Shown in pieces: positions 13,773-25,639 of a DNA stretch of 64,000 nt. The position numbers and the translations under genes are program-made. Each line of letters starts with the position of its first letter. Position 1 is the first letter of the stretch. The notes below the pieces were generated by a model. The model was not told where the DNA came from. It made no database searches and was given only the letters and a program-made list of their open reading frames with translations. This DNA is from Callorhinchus milii (Eukaryota), in contig NW_024704743.1 in NCBI RefSeq assembly GCF_018977255.1, positions 106,642,001-106,706,000 on the forward strand. Reading direction: 5' to 3'.

Positions 13773-14419
13773 TATGGGAATCCCAACTGTTTACGTATAT
13801 CAGAGGAACCCTAGCCAGACCATCAGATACACAAAGGTTATGCTGTTCTAGGGCTTTTTCAACTTCACTGACAGTGGGTTAAATGTATTGGTTCATAAAG
13901 GACTACCAGCAAAAATTTACATCACGTCGTGTGTTGCAATTTTCTTCTACGCCTCCAGCAGCCTGATAATGTTTAATAAAATAATTTTTGATTTCATTGC
14001 ATCGATACCATGGGAATTTAATTTAAGATAGGTTTCCAATGTAGTTTAATTGGCCACACAATTTTAACTGGGATGCATGAATACATACACAGGGCAGATA
14101 ATGACATATAATCACCATAAGATTAGGTAAATAAGAAACTGCTAGATCCATATTTACTTCAAGAATTTTTTTTTTTGCCAATCCATTAACACTCCTGAAC
14201 AGCAGAATGAAATGAATTATAACAGATCCCCTTAAGTAGAGTGTTGGAGGACACTACATAAATATTTTTTTCAGAGGCATTATGTAACATTAACTCTTAG
14301 ATTGCTGGCATGTCCACAGAGATGTCTATTCCATTGGATTAACTGTTATGCTGAAAAAAATTTAATAAAGCTTCTATGAACATAGATAAGACAAATTTTG
14401 CTCCTTTATGTCTGAATCT

Positions 14420-14498
14420 GAGATGTTTCAACATGGGGCTTGAACCCACATCCATCTGACTCAGAAGCGAGAGTTCTGCCAACTGAGCCAAATTGACA
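14420..14498 (-). mobile_element. Deu-SINE tRNA-like head fragment
   Basis: GGGCTTGAACCCACA...TCTGACTCAGAAGCGAGAG...CCAACTGAGCCA. Confidence 0.7.
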
Positions 14499-14809
14499 TA
14501 TTTTGAAATTCTATGATTTAGTTAGTATTTTCCCACTCGGTCTATGGATCTTCTGAGCTGCTCCCTCCATGAGAAAATCCATTTTCATGGGGGTTTACCT
14601 TTGTTGGACTCACTCCTATGTTAGAATAGTCATTTAGTGAGTGGATCTTTCAGGATGAATTCCCTTATTATAATAATAACTCACACATTCCATTACAAAC
14701 ACACAAATTTCCAAGTGGAGGAGGCCTGCATGGAACTCTGTTAGGGTTAGATACTAAACATGGTGATCAGTTTCCGGAGGGGCAGACACCAGGCAGACCA
14801 AAAAAAAAT

Positions 14810-15100
14810 CATCACATTTGATATGGCACCTTTCACAATGCCTTTCAGGACATTGTCTCAAAGTGGTTCACAGGGTCACTGTACAGCAGTGGTGGCCAAC
14901 AAAATACATTTTTTGGGTTGAATATTTCTTGATTTATGCCATAAATGAACAGGTTAGCCACAAATGCTGTAAAATGTAATGACTGTATTTTACAGGCAAA
15001 CACGGCAGCCAATTTGCACACAGCAATATCCTACAAACAGCCATGAAGTGAATGATCATTTTTTTATTTGAGGGATTGTTGGCCAGGACACCAGGAGAAA
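14810..15100 (-). mobile_element. Old Deu-SINE 3' part, interrupted
   Basis: GGCAGCCAATTTGCACACAGC and GAGGGATTGTTGGCCAGGACACCAGGAGAAA. Confidence 0.65.
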
Positions 15101-15517
15101 TTGTAATGTGGGTGCAGACAAAGGTGGCATTAGAAGGATTGAGAGACATGGAGGCTTTTTTCGTCCCAGAAAAAAAGTTAATTTCATCATCTATAGTACT
15201 ACTAATTCATGTGATGTGTAATTGTTAAGGAGATTGGGAGGAGGTCTGTAGAAAATGAAGGCTGAGGAGGAGGCATTGAAAGGAAAGCATTTTTCAGAAC
15301 AAAGCAAATGATAAACAAGCAGAGTGGTGGTAATTTTCTGTCAGATGGAAGTCACTGTGCAGTGCTGTCATTCAAAAGCATCAAAGTGCATTGTATTCCA
15401 GACATTCAAATTACACCATTAATTTCACATTTGACCCCTTTCCTCTTTTATTTATTTTATTTTTCTAAGGTGTTAACCTACATTTCCCTTCACAATTTTT
15501 ACTCGTCTTATTGTTGA

Positions 15518-15795
15518 GGTGTCAGCATGGCTCAGTACTCTCACTTTTCTGTCAAGAAGGTTGAGGGTTCAAGACTTACTTCGAGACTTTGGACTCAGAA
15601 TCAAGACTGTGACACTCATATGCATAGTCAGGTGGACATTAAATAACCTGTGGCACTACTCAAAAAGAGAAGGGAGTTTGTTCATGGTTGTTTTTTGGAT
15701 GTTGCTATGTGCAAATTGGTTGCTGTGTTCCTCTACAAATACACAATCACTAAACCTTACAGTAAAATCCTGCAAAGTGCAATGTAAGTATTATT
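15518..15795 (+). mobile_element. Old Deu-SINE, internally deleted
   Basis: Head GGCTCAG..GTCAAGAAGGTTGAGGGTTCAAG; core CAGGTGGACATTAAA..GGCACTA..AAGAGAAGGGAG; TGTGCAAATTGG. Confidence 0.7.
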
Positions 15796-16085
15796 ATATA
15801 AATATTGTTATTAAACCAGTATCGTGCTAACTGGCAGTCCTCACTCGAATCTGTAGTTCAGAGTGCACCACCTAATGCTCTCCCAAGGCACTTTCCCTTA
15901 CATTACGGTGATGAACACCTCCCACACCATTGCCTTGTGGCCCTGAATGCTCTTTCCATGTCGAACAAAGAATGAAAGTATGTACTTGCATTTTTGTAGC
16001 TCCTCATCATGTTGAAATGTCTCAAAAGTATTTTGCAAGTAATCACTGTTAAGCAATCACTTGTGAACTACTTTGAAACATATTT

Positions 16086-16396
16086 TAATATAATAAATAA
16101 TCCTTGCATTTGATATAGCACTTTTCATGTCTTCTAGACATCTCAAATCGCTTCACAGAATATACTGTAAAGTGAATTCACTGTATATATTTGTGGGTGA
16201 AACCCGGCAGTCAATTGCACACAGCAGTGTCTCACAAACAGATTGAAAGTAACCGATTTATTTATTTTTTCTTGAGGGATTATTATCAGGAGTGTGGAGT
16301 AAGGAAATTTGCCCAAGGTTTTGTCCTGCCACGAATCGAACCCAGGTCTCTTGCTTGCGAGGCGAATGCTCTAACCACTGAACTGCAGTATTCCAC
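16086..16396 (-). mobile_element. tRNA-Ala-headed SINE, type-2 tail, near full length
   Basis: Tail CCTTGCATTTGATATAGC through head TGCTCTAACCACTGAACTGCAG..TTCCAC. Confidence 0.92.
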
Positions 16397-16972
16397 TTTA
16401 TATGTGTATCCTATTAATGCAATGGATTGCTGGATAGAATAAACAGCTACTGATAAGCAAAAGACATTTACCAGATTTACAATATTGTAATGAATGCTCA
16501 ATGAATGCGTGCAATGAACTTTAAACTTGACATCAGTCTCAGACAGCTGATAATGCAGCATGATTTATTTTCTCTGTGGTAGAAGGTCTCTGTTTGTCGC
16601 CCAGGTTTAATTTAGTGTTATTTGATATGAATGTTTCTGTATCTCTCAGTGATGGTTGAATCCCCAATGACTGTATCGTTCATTATCCTGGGTACAATTG
16701 ACCACAATCCTTGGCGGCTCAATGTCCAGAAAGGAGAGGTGCTAGAGTTTGAGGCAAGGATTAGTATATCCAGAAAAACGACAAGGGAAAGGAAGTGCAG
16801 AAGTATATATTGTGATGTACACATTCATATAAATGCATCACCTGCTAAACCATTCAGAGGGACAGAATTACTCATGGTCTTAACCTTAATATCATTGTCT
16901 TAAAAATTCAAGATGTTGCAGTTTTGGAAAATCCCTAAATTCAATCTTTTTAAAGAATGTTTGCAAGGTCAC

Positions 16973-18130
16973 AATAATAATAATCCTTGCATTTGATATA
17001 GCACTTTTCACATCTTCGAGATGTCTCAAAGTGCTTCACAGAATATACTGTAAAGTGAATTGACTGTATATTTTTGGGCAAAACCCGGCAGCCAGTTGCA
17101 CACAGCAGTGTCCCACAAACAGTCATGGATTGAAGTGACCAATTTTATTTTTTTTTTCTTGAGGAATTATCATCAGGCGTGTAGAATAAGAAAACTTGCC
17201 CAAGGTTTCGCCAGGTCCTCTTGCTTGCTTGGAGAGTGCTCTAACCACTGAGCTACAGCAACAACAACAACAACTTGCATTTATATAGTGCCCTCCATGC
17301 CGGACGGCGTCTCAGAGCGCTTCACAGGAACGGAACCCGGGGCCGAGCCAGGGGAGGGGGAAGAAGGTGACCAAAGGCGCAGTCGAAAAGAAAGGTCTTC
17401 AGCAGAGACCTGAAAATAGGAATAGAGAGGGCGAGGCGAAGGGAGTGAGGAAGAGAGTTCCAGAGCCTTGGGGCGTAGTGGCTGAAGGCACGGCCGCCGA
17501 TAGTGGAGTGGAGGATTCGGGGGACAAGGAGGAGGCCAGACTTGGTGGAGCGAAGGCAATGGGCACTGTTGTGTGGAGAGAGGAGGTTAGAGAGGTAGGG
17601 GGATGCAGAGGAGTGGAGGGATTTGAAGAAAGGATGAGGATCTTGAAGTCGATCCTCTCAGGGATAGGCAGCCAGTGCAGTCTGGCAAGGACTGGGGTAA
17701 TTGGGGAGCGGAGTTTGGTGTGGCTGAGAATGCAGGCAGCAGAGTTTTGGATGACCTGGATTTTCTGAATGGTAGTGGAGGGGAGACCGGCGAGGAAGGC
17801 ATTTGAATAGTCCAGCCGAGAGGTGACAAAGGCATGGACCAGGGTTTCAACGGCTTTTGGAGTGAGATATTGGTGGAGACGAGCGATGCGTTGGTGGTGG
17901 AAGAAAGCGGTGCTGGTGACGGACTGAATGTGAGGGAGGAAAGATAATTAGGGGTCGAACCTGATGCCTAAGTTGTGTACAGGTTCAGAGAGTTTTAGTG
18001 GGAGGTCGGGTAGGTGGAGGAGGTGAGAACCATGTGATTTTAGACGTTGACGAGAGCCAAAGAGTATGGCTTTCGTCTTGTCCCCCGAATCCTCTGCTCC
18101 ACCATCAGCAGCCATGCCTTCAGGACTCCC
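16973..18130 (-). mobile_element. tRNA-Ala-headed SINE (16973-17258 plus 18124-18130) split in its head by an L2 insertion
   Basis: The SINE head ...CCACTGAGCTACAG stops at 17258 and its continuation GACTCC resumes at 18124. Confidence 0.8.
17259..18123 (-). mobile_element. L2 LINE (subfamily B), 5'-truncated, with an inverted 47-bp self-copy at the 5' junction
   Basis: (CAA)n tail at 17259; ORF2 remnants through KTKAILFGSRQRL at about 18045-18080; 18077-18123 is the reverse complement of 17482-17528. Confidence 0.9.
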
Positions 18131-18866
18131 TGAAAGGTTGATTTGGATCCATTTGATCTCATCCTTCCAGAATACTCAACCTACCATCTTCCCATCACAA
18201 CATCAAGCTGTTTTTTTAAACAAATCCAGTGTCCTGGCCACAACCCATCCTTCTTGCCAACCTGTTTTTTTTATGTGTTTACAGTGTTTGTCTTATTTCG
18301 ACAACACAAGAGGCAACTATAGGTTCCTATCCATTCGATCAAATCCATGCATTTCAGTGACTTGTACTGAACATTAATATGTTTCTGCTGTGAGGGAAAA
18401 GCTTCACATTCAAGCCAATTTTGTAGTCTTACATGTTAATTTGTTGTAGGCTTGACGGCGACCACAAGAGAAGCATAGTGCAGAGTTTTTGACTTTGTAT
18501 TGCAGAACTTTGAAGGTCTAGTCTTTCCCTTTACTTAATTTACTTGTTCAGGCTTTGTATTCATTTTTAATGAGCATCTCCCTAAATATGTTTAGAGACA
18601 CATCGTTCTTATGTCAAATATGTCAGTAAATGAATGTTCAAGTACAGTACAAGTTGACATATTTGGGAGTCTGGGTGAAAGTTGGATTTGCTACAGCAGT
18701 CTGCAGAGTAAAGATAGCTTTCCATAACAGCTGTAATTTTGTAGTTACTTAACTGAAATTGAGTCGTATAAGTATTGGTGTGACTGTTATCTTAATACTC
18801 TGAGTGATAGAGCTACAAAGACTTAGCACTCTGAGATGGTGAGTCAGAAAGATTGTGAGAAAGATT

Positions 18867-19803
18867 GTTTCGCCCACAAATATACAGTCGATTCACTTTA
18901 CAGTCAGGAACCTCGGCGTTTTGTTCGACCCTGAGCTGTCCTTTCTCCCTCACATCCGCACCACAACTGGCACCGCCTTCCATCACCTCCGGAATATCGC
19001 CAGATTACGGCACTACCTCACCCCTCACGCCGCTGAAACCCTGGTTCACGCCTTTGTCACCTCAAGGCTGGACTATGGGAACTCTCTCCTCGCCGGCCTT
19101 CCCGCCACCTCCCTCCACAAGCTGCAGGTCATTCAGAACTCTGCAGCTCGTGTACTGTCCCGCACCAGGCTTCGCGATCACATCACTCCCACCCTCGCTC
19201 GCCTCCACTGGCTCCCCATCCCCCAGAGGATTGATTTCAAGATCCTCATCCTCACCTACAAGGCCATTCACGGCCTTGCTCCCTCCTACCTCTCCAACCT
19301 ACTATCCCCTACCTACCTGCCCGTACCCTCCGTTCCTCTGGCTCCGGTCTGCTCCACGTCCCCCGCCCCAACCGCCCTACCATCGGTGGTCGGGCCTTCA
19401 GCCTCTCAGCCCCCAGGCTCTGGAACTCCATCCCCCAGTGCCTTCGCCGCCTCCTCCCTTTCCTCCTTCAAGGCCGGTCTCAAAACCTTTCTCTTTGACC
19501 GTGCCTTCAGCTCCCCTCTCGACTCTCTTCCTCCTCCTCGCTCCCTCCCTTCCCTCCCCTCACCCTGACCATTTCCCCCCTCCTCTCTCCCTCCCTTCCC
19601 TCCCCTCACCCTGACCATTTCCCCCCTGCTCGGGTCATGACCCAACTGTGCAGCGCCTTGGGACGTCCTCCTGACGTGAAAGGCGCTCTATAAATGGAAT
19701 CTTGTTGTTGTTGTTGTTGTTTACAGTCTATTCTGTGAAGCGCTTTGAGACATCTGGAAGACGTGAAAAAGCGTTATATTAAATGCAAGGATTATTATTA
19801 TTA
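18867..19803 (+). mobile_element. SINE 3' portion (18867-18905 plus 19720-19803) split by an L2
   Basis: TTCGCCCACAAATATACAGTCGATTCACTTTACAGTC | L2 | TTTACAGTCTATTCTGTGAAGCGCTTTGAG...(TTA)n. Confidence 0.88.
18906..19719 (+). mobile_element. Young L2 LINE (subfamily A), 5'-truncated
   Basis: RNLGVLFDPELSFLPHI...SRLDYGNSLLAGLP...LARLHWLPIPQRIDFKILILTYKAIHGLAP; (TTG)n tail; TSD TTTACAGTC at 18897-18905 and 19720-19728. Confidence 0.97.
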
Positions 19804-20227
19804 AAGGGTCATTTAAGTGGGATAACTGCATTTTTACTGCCCTGTGTTACTGCTCAACAGTTGAATAGGAAGCCAGGTAATCATAAAGCAACGTCAATCA
19901 ATCTGAAGGTTAAAAACTCTTTCACTTCTCATTTCAGGTGAAGGCAGCCATCAACTTCAATTTAGATTTAGTTCATCCACTGACAGAAGTGCTTTTTAAC
20001 CACCTGTATCATCCTGTCAATTCCAGTTTCAATCCTCACTTTGGCAAGCACTGAAGAGATTTGCTTCAGACTCGCCTGTCTATATTGATCCATGTCTCAG
20101 TTCATACAAATTTTCTATCAAAAATTACAGTATGTGAAAATGAACAAGTTAAAATATTAAATTATATGGAGTCTAATATATTGACAGATTTTTTTTCGCT
20201 TTCCTTGATATGAATTATCCTTCTGAT

Positions 20228-20465
20228 ATCCCTTGGAAAACTCCCTTTTCTTTTTGAATAATGCCATAGGATCTTTACTGCCAACCTTAAACATGGGGTC
20301 TCTGTTTAACTTCTCATCCAAAGAATGGCACCTCCAACAATGCAGACCTCCCCAGAACTTTAACTGAGCATCAGCCTAGACGGATGCTCAGTTACAGTTC
20401 TGGGGAGGACTGATTCACCTTCTGATTCAGAGGTGAAATTGCAACCAATGAATCAGGCTGACATC
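20228..20465 (-). mobile_element. Old Deu-SINE 5' half
   Basis: GAATAATGCCATAGGATCTTT...CTCATCCAAAGAATGGCACCTCCAACAATGCAG...CTTCTGATTCAGAGG. Confidence 0.75.
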
Positions 20466-20959
20466 TAATAAATGCTATTTTTGAGAAAATGGGAATGCAT
20501 TTCCAGGTGTGATCAGGGAATCATTTCTTTGCATGTTTGACAGTCCCTTACCTGACGAAATTCCCAAACTGAACAGTTAAAATGTCTAAATGAAAAGGAA
20601 TGCAGTTTAAACAGTCATTTTCTCTTTGAGCATTCATATTTCTAGCAACCTTTGAAATTAGTAAAAAAGATGACAGCGATAACGCAGTGTGAGCTCACCT
20701 TTATTTTTAATCCACTTGAAGGTTACTGCGTTTCAAAGTTAAGTATTGGAGGCATGGAAATGAATAAGTAATAACACAGCAGAGGTTCTGCAATGCACCC
20801 ACTGTAATAGCTTATCATACTCATTACTGATTTCATTTGTGGCTGCTGAAATGTTACAGCTCCCACATGAGGTTTCACAAGTGACTCACCAAATCACTGT
20901 TGATTTCTTTTAAAGTGAAAAGTTACTTTTTTGATACTGTACCATGTCTTCTTTATTTT

Positions 20960-21460
20960 CCCTTCTCCCCTTTTCTCTCTTAACCCTCTCCCGAAGGCTT
21001 TGACTTGCACAATTTCACAGGTTTTGAAGCCTCCTGTTACCTCGACCGAATGGTCGTTCTTCACATTCTACAACCCGATCAATTCATGCTGACAGATAAT
21101 TGTGTAAAACATCACAGCCAAGCCCAATACTGATAACGTCCAAACACATTTTCATAATAAATAATAATAATAATCCTGCATTTGATATAGTGCCTTATCA
21201 CGTCTTTGAGACGTCTCAAAACTCTTCACAGAATTTGCTGTAAAGTGAATTGACTGCATATTTTGTGGGCAAAACAGAATAATATTTCCAGTAAGGAGCA
21301 ATGGATAGCAATAAAGAGTAATCCATTGGGCAACCTCGCCTTTCTAGCCCAGGAGACATAGACTACACTCTTATATAGACTGTGAATCCAGCCTACAAAT
21401 CTTCTGTCTTTATGACTCAGGGTAACTCAGAAAATGCTTTTACCCATTACGCTATGGGAA
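20960..21460 (-). mobile_element. Ancient SINE, AmnSINE2 (Nin-domain)-like, interrupted by a young SINE tail
   Basis: CTCTCCCGAAGGC.TTGACT..TACCTCGACCGAATGGTCGTTCTTCAC..CATCACAGCCAAGCCCAAT..TTTCCAG..GGATAGC pattern, recognised from memory of the family. Confidence 0.5.
21154..21275 (-). mobile_element. Young SINE 3' tail fragment
   Basis: (TAA)n, CCTGCATTTGATATAGTGCC and GTAAAGTGAATTGACTG. Confidence 0.85.
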
Positions 21461-21618
21461 GAGCAGAATTCAACACAAAAACATTTCTGAGCTTCTGCCT
21501 TGCATGAAAATAAAATCACTTTCAAGAGTTTTCAGTCAAGATGAAAAGATGACGTCATTTTAAAACAACAACAATAACAACGTGCATTTGCAACAACCTA
21601 GATAAAATTAGAAATTGT

Positions 21619-22316
21619 TAACAACAACAAAGTTACATTTGTAAAGTTCCTTTCATGTCGGGAGAATGTCCCAAGGCGTGGAACAGTCGGGGATCAGGAC
21701 CTGAGTGTGGTTGGGGGGCAGGGTTGGGATGAGTGAGAGCAGAGAGGTAGGAGGGCGGCTGAAGGAAAAGGAGGGTTTTGAATTGTGCCTTGAAGGAGGC
21801 AAAGGAGGGAGCAAGGTGGAGGGATTGTGGGATGGAGTTCCAAAGAGTGGGGGCAGAGAGGCTGGAAGCCCAGCCGGCGATGGTTGGGTGGGTAGGGCGT
21901 GAGACATGGAGCAGGAAGGGCTTCGAAAGTTAGGACGAGGATTTTGAATTCTATCATCTGAGGGATAGGGAGCCAGTGGAGCCGGGCGAGGGTGGGGGTA
22001 ATGGGGTCAAGGAGCCTGGTGCGGGAGAGGACATAAGCTGCTAAGTTCTGGATGATCTGCAGTTTGTGGAGGGAGGAGTTGGGGAGGCCGACAAGAAGGG
22101 AGTTTTCGTAGTCAAGCCTTGAGGTGACGAATGTGTGTATGAGGGTTTCGGGGGCCTGAGCGGTGAGGCTGTGGCAGAGTCGGGCAATGTTGTGGAGGTG
22201 GGGGAAGGCAGAGTGGGTCATGGCATGGATGTGGGAGAGAAAGGACAGTTGAGGGTCGAACAAGACACCCAGGTTCCTGACTGACTTGGTGAGGTGGAGT
22301 GTGCATCCATGGATCC
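21619..22316 (-). mobile_element. L2 LINE, 5'-truncated, with internal deletions
   Basis: FDPQLSFLSHIHAM...TSRLDYENSLLVGLP...LARLHWLPIPQMIEFKILVLTF; (CAA)n tail. Confidence 0.93.
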
Positions 22317-22787
22317 GTTAACGACTCTTCATAAAGTATAATCACGGCTTGGAAACTGTTCAGAATTTATACCCAGGTTCTCTTTAATAAATAGGCTAGA
22401 ATTAACTGTGTGTTTTTTATGCCAGAATTCAAAAGAATTAACATTTTCTCCCAGTGCTACAGAATAACCCTACCTTTGATCTTAGGAGTATGAACTTCAG
22501 AGATTGGGCTGCCAATTTAATAACAAACAGTTTGATAGGAAGCACCCAGCGGTACAGTGGGGTTGTTTACTAATACACAATGCCAACGAACAGTGGGATG
22601 TGCGTTTTATGGTGAGCTCACAGGTTCAGACAAACCTGGATCTGGGAGGAGAGGAATAAGGATCAGTATCTTCCCTTCTGCCCCACAGCAAAAGTGTAGT
22701 CATAAATATACATTCAATCTGTAATCAGGAATTATCACATTTAGTATCTGCCTGAGACCCTCTTCTTCAGCTCTTAGGGAAATTTAT

Positions 22788-23555
22788 AATAACGCTTGCA
22801 TTTCAAATGTTGTCAAGAAGTTTCAAAGCACTTCACAGGACAAACCGCAAAGTGTAGTGACTGTATTTTGTACGCAAACGTGGCAGCCAATTTGCTCACA
22901 TCAATGTTTCACAAGCAGCTATGAAGTAAATGGCAAATTTTATCTGGGATATTGTTGGCCAGGCCATGTGTTATGAACATAGAAACAAGGTTGGCCTGTT
23001 GGTCCATTGAGCCTGATCTGCCATATTTTAACTGAGAGAACCCATGTGTATTCTGGTGCATCTCCATTTAGTTTGAACAGAGTTAGGTATTGTGGATGAC
23101 CTGGAAGCTGCTCAAGAGCAGTCAGATCCAAAGAAAGCAGAACACCAGGAATGCAACAGTACATAGTGCATATGCCATAGAGTGGCTTGTGAGCTGAGAA
23201 CATAGTGTCAGCGTACACTAAAAGTGAAGGCTTCCTGTTAACTATAAATATATAAGTATTATATTATATTATATGTGGAACACTCAGAAAGCAAAGTATT
23301 CTCGCTTTAGACTTAGGCCAGGATACCAAGAGAACTCCCTTCTGTTTCCAAATAGTGCCATGGGATCTTTAGTGTCCACCTGACATGAGGGGTGGACATC
23401 AAAGGTCCATCTCTGTTTTACTTCTCATCCAAAAGATAGCACCACTGACAGTGGAGTGTCAGCTTAGGCTATGTGAGTTTAGGTCCTGACGTGGGATTTG
23501 AACCCACAGTCGTTTGACTCAGAGGCAAGAGTGCTACCACTGAGCCAAGCTAACA
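22788..23555 (-). mobile_element. Old Deu-SINE split by a 352-bp insertion
   Basis: Tail and body at 22788-22963, core and head at 23316-23555; GGCCAGG duplicated at 22957-22963 and 23316-23322. Confidence 0.82.
22964..23315. mobile_element. Unidentified insertion containing a nested CR1-tail fragment (22972-23041)
   Basis: Flanked by GGCCAGG direct repeats; internal CCATGTGT direct repeats at 22964-22971 and 23042-23049 flank CATAGAAACAAGG..GGCC..GGTCCATTGAGCCTG. Confidence 0.6.
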
Positions 23556-23584
23556 CACATTACCAATAAAGATGATAAAGAGAG

Positions 23585-23745
23585 ACCAGAGGCAGTAAAC
23601 CCAGCTGATTTAACCTCCCCAGCCCAGGAAGACCAGAGTCCCTGTGCAGCTCCAAGATTTAAATTAGCTGAAACCAGTATGAATCGGGATTCAAACCAGC
23701 GAGCTCCTGGTCCATACACCACAGCACTATCTACAACACCAGTGG
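23585..23745 (-). mobile_element. Ancient SINE head fragment (AmnSINE2-like)
   Basis: Minus strand reads GGACCAGG..GGTTTGAATCCCG (B-box-like) then CCTGGGCTGGGGAGGTTAAATCAGC. Confidence 0.4.
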
Positions 23746-25039
23746 GGCTGCACCACATGTGAAATTATATTATATTACATTATTATATTAATAATCATCT
23801 CATAAAGGCACAGCATTTTTAGATAACAAACTCAGTCACCATATATAAAAGAACATCAATGGGATGTTTATTTAATGAACCCAAGCCTTCATATAAATTA
23901 ATTGAAAGAAAAAAGCACTGAATTGATTAATTTCCACAAATGTTTTGAAAAGATAACCAAATTGGGCTTTTCAATATGGTGCACAAAGTACTTTTGGACC
24001 TAAGCTCTTTATATGCAAAAACAAATAGAAAATATCTGCTGCATCTGTTTGTCGAAAATTACAATATAAAACGTCTCTTCTATCTTTTTGTGCATTAACA
24101 TAAAAATAGGGTGCAGCTGGAGCTAACTAGCAAGGGGAGAATTCCACAAGGATTTGATCTTAATGTTTTCTGGGAAAAAATTAAACATTGGAAAAATTGT
24201 ACTGCGATGCCAAGATGTATGTGATGGATATCCCAGCGCTTATTATTATGTTCCACTTGCTCCAGTTTGGCGGCTGATAGTTAAGTCAACATTTGAGCTT
24301 CAACACTCAAAGGGCCGATTTCAACCTCACTATCATTCAGAATAGCACATTTTCCTCTTCACTTATGTAGCTATGGCCTGAAATTGTTCCTTAGTTTTAG
24401 GACCACAATATTGAAATGAAAGATTGTGCAGACTTTTGGAAAAGCCTTGAATTCAATTTCATTTGGAAGCCAGTTTTCCACAGGACCTTTTTTAAAAAAA
24501 AGAACCATCTTCCTAATTAAGATTGAATTTAAGATTTTTCTAAAATTCTGTACAATCTTCAATGTTAAGACAGTCACAACAAAAAAAATTATATTTATAT
24601 AGTGCTTTTCATGATGGGAGAGACATCTCAAAGCGCTTCACATAGCTGACCATGCTGACTATGCCTGAACTGGGGGAGAAGAAGAAAAGTGGAGTTTGGG
24701 GCATGGGAGTTAAAGGTCATAGAAAGCTTAGTTAGAATGGAGGGGGCAAGGTTTTTGGCTGAGATTTGAGAAATTTTATTCTCAGCTGTTCATACGAATG
24801 GTACACTGCAGGATTATTACAGGAAAAACAAGATTTTTAATGAAAGTACTAGCTAATTCATTGTCTTAGTTTTGCAATCGCTATGGCTTGATTTCTTATG
24901 GGATATGAATTTCATATCTCCTTGTGAATCTTATCATAGTTTGATTATATATGATTCACACTCTCCACAGAAGCGTAAGCTTATTAAGTTCCTGTTCTGC
25001 GATAAATTGAGATAGCATGCAATTCATCTACCTGGAATA

Positions 25040-25377
25040 ATAATAATAATAATATAATAATAATAATAATAATCCTTGCATTTGATATAGCGCTTTTCAC
25101 GTCAGGAGGACGTCCCAAAGCGCTTCACAGAACACACTGTAAAGTGAATTGACTGTATATTTGTGGGCGAACGCGGCAGCCAATTGCGCACAGCAATGTC
25201 CCACAAACAGTCGTAGATTGAAAATGACCAATTTAATTATTGTTTTTGGTTTTGGAGGGATTATTATTAGGCGTGTGGAGTAAGGAAACTTGCCCAAGGT
25301 TTCGCCCTGCCTGGAATTGAACTCAGGTCTCTCACTTGCAAAGCGAGTGCTCTAACCACTGAGCTACAGGACTCCAC
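25040..25377 (-). mobile_element. Full-length young tRNA-Ala-headed SINE, type-1 tail
   Basis: Head GTGGAGTCCTGTAGCTCAGTGGTTAGAGC (A box), anticodon loop TTTGCAA, B box GAGTTCAATTCC, Deu-SINE-like body, L2-like tail with (TTA)n; TSD GGAATA at 25034-25039 and 25379-25384. Confidence 0.97.
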
Positions 25378-25639
25378 AGGAATAGTCATTTATTGCAGGT
25401 TGTAATTTTTAGATCTCGAAAGAATTACATCCAACATTTGGTGAATTTTCGATCTCAGTGGAGAAACTCATTGACAAGGCCGTGTAGGGTGAAAAATAGA
25501 AATCATTTGAGAAATTAAACACACAATGTACATTTATGTGGGGTGGGTGGGGAAATGGAAAAAGCAAGAGTGAAAAACATCATGCAGGAAAGACTAATGT
25601 GCAAGGTATAGTATGTAGGATACAAGAATAAGATGTACA

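Noticed and set aside
18855..19614. 237-aa and 249-aa ORFs as host genes
   Set aside because: A SINE-L2 junction product and an alternative frame of GC-rich L2 sequence.
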